In this document: positions 57,021-64,000 of the stretch, piece after piece
Numbering within the stretch: position 1 is the first letter of the stretch
Layout of the letters: every line of letters starts with the position of its first letter
Notes under the pieces: model-generated
Seen by the model: the letters and a program-made list of their open reading frames with translations, nothing else
What the model was told of the DNA's origin: nothing
The model's database searches: none
NCBI GenBank assembly: GCA_964413565.1
Contig: CAYPSJ010000020.1
Coordinates: 2,947-66,946, forward strand
Direction: 5' to 3'
Source of the DNA: an uncultured Nitrosopumilales archaeon
GTDB taxonomy: Archaea; Thermoproteota; Nitrososphaeria; Nitrososphaerales; Gagatemarchaeaceae
DNA length: 64,000 nucleotides
Made by a program: the position numbers and the translations under genes

Positions 57021-57548
57021 TTAGGAGTTCGAGACAGCGGGCGGGGCAGTGCTTACCTGCGACGCATTGGCTTCCTGGGACGCCAGCCGAGCTTCAAGCT
57101 CTCTGACCCTCTTCCCCAGCTCGTCCATTGACCGTCCCAGCTCTTCCACCATGGCAAGTAGTCTCTCCTCCTGAACCTCCCTCGCCGACTGGACCCTGAA
57201 CGTCTCCGGGAGCCTCCCTTCCTTCATCATCAGCAGGATCATCTCGTAGAGCCTCTGCTCGGCCAGGGTTCTGTCTTCTCCTGCCGACTGGGCTGTGCCG
57301 GAGTACATCTCGAGTAGCTTCTCCAAATCGGAATAACGCTTATCCTTGTACACGACCCTGTATTGGTACCCTGTCCCGACGGCGTTCCCATAGGACCAGA
57401 CATCGTCCCTGTGAATCCTCTCGAACTGCGGCCCGTCCATCAGGTATTCTATGTCCCGCCCATTAATCGGGTTCTTCTCTGCGAAGTTAGGCTTGACGGA
57501 TCCGTTGTAGTACAAGACCGCAAACTCCTCCACCAGCCTGTGCCGCAT
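57021..57548 (-). CDS. hypothetical protein with C-terminal coiled coil
   Basis: 175 aa with heptad-like EELGRSMDELGKRVRELEARL. Confidence 0.45.
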   Translation of the reverse strand: MRHRLVEEFAVLYYNGSVKPNFAEKNPINGRDIEYLMDGPQFERIHRDDVWSYGNAVGTGYQYRVVYKDKRYSDLEKLLEMYSGTAQSAGEDRTLAEQRLYEMILLMMKEGRLPETFRVQSAREVQEERLLAMVEELGRSMDELGKRVRELEARLASQEANASQVSTAPPAVSNS

Positions 57549-57790
57549 CCCTTCGCTAAAACTCGTGCCGCCCTCTTCAGTCAGCCCCGCTCACCGTCCA
57601 TCCCATGTGTCACAAGCCATTTTAGAAAACGAATCAACGTTTCTTAATCACACTGTCATCATTGTGTCTTGCAGTGGATGTGCTCAATGGCACCAGGCCT
57701 CGTATTCGGGGATTCCATTCGACGTCCCGTCACTCTGGCCCGAGCCGAAGGAACAAGACATAAGGCGCGCACTTCCTCAATCGTCCGGCC

Positions 57791-59008
57791 GTGAGCGGTC
57801 TGCTGGCAGGGCTGCAGCGGTTCCTTTTCCTCCCGAGGAGTGCCTGGATCCTGACCTCGACCTCCGCCATCTGGTCCATCGGTGCTGCCATGGCGAACCC
57901 CTACCAGTCCGTATATTTCGCATCTCTCGGGGCAGCTCCCTTCCAGATAGGGCTCCTCGTCGCCTACGGCACAGGGGTGACAGCCCTGTCCCTTCTCATT
58001 GGGGGGTACATCGCAGACGTCTGGGGGAGGCGGAGAGTGATCGTGATCTTTAGCTGGGTGTCCGTCGCCAGCGCCTTCGTCTACTGCGTCATTGGCTCGC
58101 CTATCCTTATCCTCGTGCCCCTCACCCTGGCGTCGGTCGCCAGCTTCTACACTCCTGCCTTCAACTCGATTATGATGGACTCCATCGAACCTGAGGATAG
58201 GATACGTGGCTTCGCTGTGTTCAGCGCCATCAATACAATTCCTTCCATCTTCGCTCCGACCATCGGTGGGGTATTGATCAACCACTTCGGGACGAACTCT
58301 GGGCTGAGACTCTGCTACCTAGGCAGTGGCCTGTTCGGAATCCTCGGAGTGGGACTCCGATCCGTCAAGCTGAGCGAGACCTACGTCGTCAAGAGGCCAG
58401 CGGCGCGCAAGTCTTTCGCCACCCACCTGAGGGATTCATTCGTCGACGGTATCGGGGCCATTCGACAGTCTGGGGGCGTGGTGAAGAAGCTGCTCCTCTA
58501 CGTGACACTGGCCGGCGTAGGGACGGGGTTCACGTCCCCCTACGTCTCCATTTACGTCGTGGACTACCTCGGGATCAACGCCCTCAGCTACAGCGTGGTG
58601 GTGGACCTGGCTGGTGCCGCCACTGTCTTCCTCCTCTTCACAGTCGTCTTCCTCATCCGTAGGCTCGGGTCGAAGAAGAGCATACTGCTGGCGTCCGTCG
58701 CCGCTCCCCTCAGCAACGTGATGTTCACCCAGGCCAAAACAATGGACGAGCTCTTCGAGTGGGGCGTGACAGGCGCCGTATCAACCGCTCTGCAGTCCCC
58801 CTCGCTTTCGACCATCCAGGCAGAGGCAATCGAGCAGCGGAACCGAGGGAAGGTCCTTGCAATGTTCAGCATCCTACCGACTCTGGTCGCGCTCCCGTCC
58901 CAGGTGTTCGCAGGCTACCTATACAGCGCGTTCTCGCCAGTCCTTCCGTTCGTTGCATCGCTGGTCCCCTTCGGACTGGCCGCGCTGGTGCTCTACACCA
59001 TCCGCTAA
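57791..59008 (+). CDS. MFS transporter
   Basis: 405 aa, 12 TM, with GGYIADVWGRRRV in the loop 2-3 motif. GTG start. Confidence 0.7.
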   Translation: MSGLLAGLQRFLFLPRSAWILTSTSAIWSIGAAMANPYQSVYFASLGAAPFQIGLLVAYGTGVTALSLLIGGYIADVWGRRRVIVIFSWVSVASAFVYCVIGSPILILVPLTLASVASFYTPAFNSIMMDSIEPEDRIRGFAVFSAINTIPSIFAPTIGGVLINHFGTNSGLRLCYLGSGLFGILGVGLRSVKLSETYVVKRPAARKSFATHLRDSFVDGIGAIRQSGGVVKKLLLYVTLAGVGTGFTSPYVSIYVVDYLGINALSYSVVVDLAGAATVFLLFTVVFLIRRLGSKKSILLASVAAPLSNVMFTQAKTMDELFEWGVTGAVSTALQSPSLSTIQAEAIEQRNRGKVLAMFSILPTLVALPSQVFAGYLYSAFSPVLPFVASLVPFGLAALVLYTIR

Positions 59009-59448
59009 TGCGCAGGGCAATATCAGAAGACATACTAAACCGCCTCCGAGACCACGGGCAGGAGAGCCTCTCAGGGATGAGGATCACTTACACGCCCTAC
59101 CAGGAGCTAATCGTCCACGAAATCATTGAACAGTCGAGTCCCAGCGTCTTCTTCGAGGACATCGTACGGCTAGCACTGAGCGGGGCCCACCAGGTACAGC
59201 CGAGCATCAACTGGATTGACGGCATCGCATTCTTCATCGCCCCGATGCAGCCCACGGAGGAAGTGGTCCGTGAAAACCTAGCCGGGAAGGTTCACTACGC
59301 CAGCGTCCTGTTCACGAGGACGGAATATCAGCAGCAGATGGCAGTAAAAATCGGGAACCAGGACTTCACCGTCAGGCTCCGCAAGGCAGAGGACAACCCC
59401 ACCTTGGTTGAGCTCGCTGCCTTCTTGAAGGACTTCAAACACCGGTAA
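59008..59448 (+). CDS. hypothetical protein
   Basis: ATG 59008 overlaps the MFS stop (TAATG). 146 aa with balanced composition. Confidence 0.45.
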   Translation: MRRAISEDILNRLRDHGQESLSGMRITYTPYQELIVHEIIEQSSPSVFFEDIVRLALSGAHQVQPSINWIDGIAFFIAPMQPTEEVVRENLAGKVHYASVLFTRTEYQQQMAVKIGNQDFTVRLRKAEDNPTLVELAAFLKDFKHR

Positions 59449-59518
59449 CCCGCTCTCCTCCGAACAGCGCACCTTACACGATTAAATGAGCCACCGGCTC
59501 TGGTAGGCCGCGAAAGCC

Positions 59519-60157
59519 ATGTCCAAGCTCGGAGATGCTAAAACTCTGGGTGGAGTCGGCTCGATCCTTATCCTCATACCTATCGCGAATATAGTCGGAT
59601 ACATCCTCGTTCTCATCGCCACAAAATACGTCTCGGACGAATTGGGAGACAGGACAATATTCGATAACATGCTCTACGCTGTCATCACAGGAATAGTTGG
59701 TGCTGCAGCCCTTGCTTTCATCATCATCACGGGTGCATTATTCAGTACATTCGCCTTCACATTTTCCGCAATCGCGGGCGTGTTTGTGGGACTCGCAGTT
59801 GCATGGATAGCTCTGATCATTTCTTCAATTTTCATCAGGCGCGCCTACGATACGATGGCCTCGAGGCTCAATGTAGGGATGTTCAGGACAGCGGGCCTGC
59901 TTTACTTCATCGGCGCCATACTGACCATCGTAGGAGTTGGGCTCATCATCTTGTTTGTGGGCATTATTCTCCAAATCGTCGCATTCTTCGGCATACCTGA
60001 TTCGGTGCCTGGCATGCAGGCCCAATCGATGGGCGGAATGGGTCCCCAGCCAATGGGCGCGACGTACTCACAGGCTGGAACGAAGTTCTGTCCCAACTGC
60101 GGCACTCAGTTGGCAGCGACAGCCACATACTGCACCAAGTGCGGCGCGAAACTGTAG
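59519..60157 (+). CDS. DUF996-like membrane protein with C-terminal zinc ribbon
   Basis: LGGVGSILILIP...YILVLIATKYVS and 4 TM, then a Gly/Met/Gln/Pro-rich linker and CPNCGTQL...YCTKCGAKL. Confidence 0.55.
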   Translation: MSKLGDAKTLGGVGSILILIPIANIVGYILVLIATKYVSDELGDRTIFDNMLYAVITGIVGAAALAFIIITGALFSTFAFTFSAIAGVFVGLAVAWIALIISSIFIRRAYDTMASRLNVGMFRTAGLLYFIGAILTIVGVGLIILFVGIILQIVAFFGIPDSVPGMQAQSMGGMGPQPMGATYSQAGTKFCPNCGTQLAATATYCTKCGAKL

Positions 60158-60216
60158 TCCTAGCGAGTCTCCTACCTTTTTTCTCGTCTCGACAAGTGCA
60201 TAATGTGTGGAAGCGA

Positions 60217-60678
60217 CTACGCTTTCCAAACGAAACGCATAGAGATGAAGTAGCTCACGGGATAGGCTACGATTGCCCCGACGATGTTCCCGAGCGCTGG
60301 TGATAGTGACATCCATCCCAGAAGCGCCAACTGGACCGCGATGGTTATGGCGCTTCCAAGGGCGTAGACGCCTTCGAATTTCCCCAGCCTGACGAGGGTA
60401 TCTTTCCACCCCCTCTCACGCCGGCCCACACCTCTCACAGTTGTCCTCTCGTTCACGAAGAATCCCACAACCACACCGACAACAGACGCAAAGATGTCCA
60501 GCGACAGTAGCGCAGGCGAGGAAGCGAGGTTGCTCGGGATGTTGGTGTTCCCGTACACGGCGTACAGCCCTGCGACAAGTATGGTCTCTAGAACAAGGAA
60601 ACCGACGATTCCGGCGACGCCGAACTGTGCCAGCCTGAAGAAGTGGTATTTCCTCTCTAGCTCCCTGACTCTCCCCAT
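60217..60678 (-). CDS. GtrA-family membrane protein
   Basis: 153 aa, 4 TM, with FRLAQFGVAGIVGFLV at the N-terminus. Confidence 0.55.
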   Translation of the reverse strand: MGRVRELERKYHFFRLAQFGVAGIVGFLVLETILVAGLYAVYGNTNIPSNLASSPALLSLDIFASVVGVVVGFFVNERTTVRGVGRRERGWKDTLVRLGKFEGVYALGSAITIAVQLALLGWMSLSPALGNIVGAIVAYPVSYFISMRFVWKA

Positions 60679-60843
60679 TGCGCATCATTCACCTCGGGGG
60701 CCGCGCTGCAGGTCGAGTGCGTCCCATCAGCCAGAGATTGCGGGCCAAGGCGGGAATAGGAATCACTTTCGGTCACCCCTCTCTATCATTGGTTCCCTTA
60801 AGCCTGACCACTATTATCTGCTAATGCGTCTAATGGAGCCCTG

Positions 60844-61716
60844 TTGGCACTCGCGTTAATCCCGCCCCAGCCCTCGGCCGCAGGACTCAACGGTGGCAGG
60901 CTGACAGTCCGCGAGGTCAGATGCAACACGCTGCTTCACCCACTCGCGTACAGGGACTCGACAGGATACACTGCAAACCTATACAAGGGCTGCACCCACA
61001 GTTGCGTCTACTGCTACGCCCCGTCCCTGACGCACGACGAGAGGAGATGGGGATCATATGTCGACGTGAAGGTGAACGCCCCCCAGGTCCTAGAGAGGGA
61101 GCTCAGGGGCTTGAGGAAGGACGAGGTGTTCCTCTCGAGCGCCTCGGACCCATACCAGCCAGTGGAGGCGAGATACGGAGTAACCCGGCGCTGCCTTGAG
61201 GTGCTCCGAAGGAACAGGTATCCAGTGTCGATACTGACGAGATCGCCCCTGGTCCTAAGGGACCTCGACCTGCTCAAGAGGTTCGAGTGGGCGAGAGTAG
61301 GAATGTCCATTACCACCGTCCCGGTCAGGCGATTCGAACCGGGCGTCTCTCCCCTCCGGCGAAGAATCGATACCCTCAGGAAACTCTCGAAGGCAGGGAT
61401 TTCGACCTGGGTCTCCCTGGCCCCCGTGATTCCGGGAATCGTCCTGGTCGACTTGGACGAGCTCTTTGAAGAGCTGGGCAGCGCCGGGGTGTCATTCGTG
61501 TCCTTCAACGTCCTCAGGTTTGCGGGGTACGAAGAATCTAGGTTGATGTTCGAGGCGACAGCGGCAATGGGAACGAAAGAGGCACTTGCAGGGCGGGTGC
61601 AGATCGTAGCGAAGCTGTCGAAGTTGGTCAGACAGTACTCCATGGTCCCGAAGGACGAGATGCTTGAGTGGAGGCCGGACGCACAAAGCCCTCCGTCTCT
61701 CGACAGGTTCCAGTAG
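60844..61716 (+). CDS. radical SAM protein (SPL/PA0069-like small family)
   Basis: YKGCTHSCVYCYA (CxxxCxxC). TTG start in the ORF track. Confidence 0.7.
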   Translation: MALALIPPQPSAAGLNGGRLTVREVRCNTLLHPLAYRDSTGYTANLYKGCTHSCVYCYAPSLTHDERRWGSYVDVKVNAPQVLERELRGLRKDEVFLSSASDPYQPVEARYGVTRRCLEVLRRNRYPVSILTRSPLVLRDLDLLKRFEWARVGMSITTVPVRRFEPGVSPLRRRIDTLRKLSKAGISTWVSLAPVIPGIVLVDLDELFEELGSAGVSFVSFNVLRFAGYEESRLMFEATAAMGTKEALAGRVQIVAKLSKLVRQYSMVPKDEMLEWRPDAQSPPSLDRFQ

Positions 61717-61788
61717 TGGCGTCCCGCTGGCAACGCCGTTCGAGGCATCGGACCAGATTAATTAGGAGCATGCCCGGGCGGAGACGCC

Positions 61789-62355
61789 ATGGCCCTCGAC
61801 CTCCCGGCAGGAAAAATCGCCAGGCCGATAATCACCATCGAGGAGCAGGCTACGGTAGTAGACGCCTCCAAGAAGATGGTGAAGAACAACAGGGGGAGCA
61901 TCGTTGTCACAAAGAAAGGGACGACGGTTGGCTTCCTCACCGAAAGGGACATCTTGAAGAGGGTCGTCGCGAAGTCTCTTTCCCCGCGCAGGGTCAAGGT
62001 GAGGGACGTGATGTCGAAGGCTCCGATTACCATCGACAAGGGCAGGCCACTGCGCGAAGCGATCGACCTGATGAACAGGAAGGGCGTCAGGAGAATGCTC
62101 CTGACGGACAAGGGGAAGATGGTCGGCGTGTTCACGCTTAGGGACATCGTAAGTTACATGAGAATCTGCGTGCAATGCGGAAGAGAGATCAAGTCCATCC
62201 TCGAGACCAACACCCCGGACCTCTTCATGGAGTGCGAGTGCGGCTCCAGGTATCACAAGTCCTGCGCGGAGACTGTGGTAAACTGTGTGACCTGTGGCAA
62301 GACCCTTGTGACCCACGTGGTCTACCCGGAGCCATCGGAGACCTTACCAGGATAG
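61789..62355 (+). CDS. CBS-pair domain protein with C-terminal Cys-rich zinc-ribbon-like tail
   Basis: Two CBS repeats (GFLTERDILKRV, GVFTLRDIVSYM), then CVQCG...CECG...CAETVVNCVTCG. Confidence 0.7.
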   Translation: MALDLPAGKIARPIITIEEQATVVDASKKMVKNNRGSIVVTKKGTTVGFLTERDILKRVVAKSLSPRRVKVRDVMSKAPITIDKGRPLREAIDLMNRKGVRRMLLTDKGKMVGVFTLRDIVSYMRICVQCGREIKSILETNTPDLFMECECGSRYHKSCAETVVNCVTCGKTLVTHVVYPEPSETLPG

Positions 62356-62398
62356 AGCCAGTCACCGATAAATAACGGCCAACGCCCTGGCCGACCGA

Positions 62399-62599
62399 AT
62401 GAACACAGGTTACGCTGTCGCAGTAATAGGAGTGCTGGGCATAATCCTAGGCGCTGGGATGTATGCGGTTCAATGGCACAAGACTATAGGACTAGGTGGC
62501 ATCGGCCTCGGAGTACTACTCGTCCTTGTGGGCGTTTGGATGGCTCGAAGCGAGCGGCCCAAGGCTATGCCTCAGCCGGCCCAGCCGTCCAATCCATAG
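62399..62599 (+). CDS. small two-TM membrane protein
   Basis: 66 aa with two Gly-rich hydrophobic helices. Confidence 0.35.
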   Translation: MNTGYAVAVIGVLGIILGAGMYAVQWHKTIGLGGIGLGVLLVLVGVWMARSERPKAMPQPAQPSNP

Positions 62600-62693
62600 A
62601 AGGAACTCGCTGCCTCGCTGTCAAGAGCCCGTATCTGTTAGGCTCAAGGTGTATAGCCCTGCGCATTAGGTCGATTCTTGTAAGTGCTTTCCA

Positions 62694-63251
62694 ATGATGA
62701 CAGAAGTGCGCCTTCACGGGAGGGGCGGCCAGGGCGTAGTGTCCGCCGCCCAGCTGATAGCGGACGCCGCTGTCCTCGAAGGAAAGTACGTCCAAGCTTT
62801 CCCCGAGTTCGGCGCTGAAAGGTCCGGTGCCCCCATTGCCGCCTACGCGCGGCTGAGCGATGGTCCCATCGAGATACACTCCTTCATCCGCAACCCCGAC
62901 GTGGTGATGGTCGTGGACAGGTCCATGGCCTTTTTCAAGAGCACGACCCAGGGCCTCTCCAGGGACGGCTGGTTCATCTGCAACTACGACGGCTCCCCTG
63001 AAGAGCTGCGCTCTAAGCTCGGACTCGAGCCGTCGGTGAAGGTCATCACCCTCGACGCCACAGGAATAGCGATGAAGTGTCTGGGGAAGGACTATCCCAA
63101 CACGCCGATGCTTGGTGCACTCCTTAGGGCAACGGGAATCGTCGGCACCGAGTCCCTCGAGAAGGTCCTCGGTGGCCGGTTCAAGGGGAAGGTGCTGGAA
63201 GGAAATCAGGAGGCCCTCAAGCTGGGATACCAGGGAGGGAGCGCCGCATGA
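62694..63251 (+). CDS. 2-oxoacid:ferredoxin oxidoreductase gamma subunit (pyruvate/2-ketoisovalerate type)
   Basis: [21 protein letters not shown]...[12 protein letters not shown]. Confidence 0.8.
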   Translation: MMTEVRLHGRGGQGVVSAAQLIADAAVLEGKYVQAFPEFGAERSGAPIAAYARLSDGPIEIHSFIRNPDVVMVVDRSMAFFKSTTQGLSRDGWFICNYDGSPEELRSKLGLEPSVKVITLDATGIAMKCLGKDYPNTPMLGALLRATGIVGTESLEKVLGGRFKGKVLEGNQEALKLGYQGGSAA

Positions 63252-63514
63252 GCTGGAAGCAGCTCGAAGAGGGTGGTGTCGTAAAGGGAGGCACTTCTGC
63301 ATCCTACATCGTCTCAGGATGGAGGGTCAAGAGGCCGGTCATCAACGAAGCGAAATGCACCAACTGTTTGATCTGCTGGGTCTATTGCCCCGAACCTGCC
63401 ATCATCAGGCACGAAGGGGCCAAGGTTACCATCGACTACGACCACTGCAAAGGGTGCGGCATCTGCGAGACGGAGTGTCCGCCCAAGGCGATATCAATGG
63501 TGAGGGAGCCGTGA
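63248..63514 (+). CDS. 2-oxoacid:ferredoxin oxidoreductase delta subunit (2x[4Fe-4S])
   Basis: [12 protein letters not shown] and [16 protein letters not shown] overlap with the gamma subunit. Confidence 0.8.
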   Translation: MSWKQLEEGGVVKGGTSASYIVSGWRVKRPVINEAKCTNCLICWVYCPEPAIIRHEGAKVTIDYDHCKGCGICETECPPKAISMVREP

Positions 63515-64000
63515 CGCTCACCCAGACCCTGCGCGTTGCCGCGCTCCAGGGGGACGAAGCGGTGGCAGAAGCGGTGCGCCAGTGTGACGTCGACGTCGTG
63601 GCGGCATACCCCATCACCCCTCAGACAATCATAGTGGAGAAGCTTGCCGAGTACGTCGCCGACGGCAGGTTCAGGGGAGAGTTCGTCGCTGTCGAGTCTG
63701 AGCATAGTGCTCTTTCGGCCTGCCTTGGAGCGGCGGCCACGGGTGCACGCGTCTTCACAGCGACTTCCAGTCAGGGCCTGGCCTACATGCACGAGATGCT
63801 CTACAACGTCTCCGGCATGAGGCTTCCCATAGTGATGGCGGTGGCAAACAGGGCCCTCAGTGCTCCTCTGGTCCTCAACGCCGACCATGGAGACATGATG
63901 GGTTCCAGAGACTCGGGGTGGATCCAGTTCTACGCCGAGAACGTGGAAGAGATCTACGACAGGACGATTCAGCTATTCAAGCTGTCCGAGGACCCGAGGG
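63511..64000 (+). CDS. 2-oxoacid:ferredoxin oxidoreductase alpha subunit, N-terminal part (runs off the right edge)
   Basis: GTG 63511 overlaps the delta stop (GTGA). [11 protein letters not shown]...AAYPITPQT...[10 protein letters not shown]...[11 protein letters not shown]. Not in the ORF track because no stop is reached. Confidence 0.75.
   Translation, partial: MTLTQTLRVAALQGDEAVAEAVRQCDVDVVAAYPITPQTIIVEKLAEYVADGRFRGEFVAVESEHSALSACLGAAATGARVFTATSSQGLAYMHEMLYNVSGMRLPIVMAVANRALSAPLVLNADHGDMMGSRDSGWIQFYAENVEEIYDRTIQLFKLSEDPR

Overview
This is a GC-rich, gene-dense chromosomal segment of about 70 genes on both strands, and it looks archaeal. The archaeal cues are an MTH1187-family protein, a DUF996 protein, Lrp/AsnC regulators and a Ser/Thr-linker-anchored solute-binding protein. 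Others are a Tes/GDGT-MAS-like radical SAM protein, a hydBGDA-ordered group 3 [NiFe]-hydrogenase and TATA-like hexamers about 26 nt upstream of several start codons. I recognised no rRNA, tRNA, CRISPR array, transposase or integrase. Gene content by region: (1) 0-8.7 kb holds miscellaneous small genes and a visibly AT-richer islet carrying phage-type endonuclease VII and DUF4326 genes. (2) 8.7-32 kb is an unusually dense neighbourhood of four class-III (omega) aminotransferases, three aldehyde dehydrogenases and three saccharopine-dehydrogenase-like enzymes, together with an APC permease and a peptide ABC transporter. (3) 33-37.5 kb holds the Tes-like radical SAM gene, a tandem Lrp/AsnC regulator fused to a ferredoxin domain, and a divergent operon of membrane protein, blue-copper protein and membrane-anchored ferredoxin paralog. 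(4) 37.6-42.9 kb holds a glycerol-kinase-like/FAD-oxidoreductase operon and a macro-domain/class II aldolase pair. (5) 44-47 kb holds two genes that each appear broken by a 1-nt deletion at a G run, plus an amine-dehydrogenase-family gene. (6) 48.8-53.3 kb holds a four-subunit group 3b-type [NiFe]-hydrogenase operon and its maturation protease. (7) 53.9-64 kb holds housekeeping and transport genes and the start of a 2-oxoacid:ferredoxin oxidoreductase operon. The best candidates for something undescribed are the amine/omega-amino-acid catabolic supercluster, with its twice-repeated aminotransferase plus saccharopine-dehydrogenase-like module, and the Lrp-Lrp-ferredoxin regulator with its cupredoxin/ferredoxin operon. 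All functional calls come from motif recognition by eye in the supplied translations; no database search was run.
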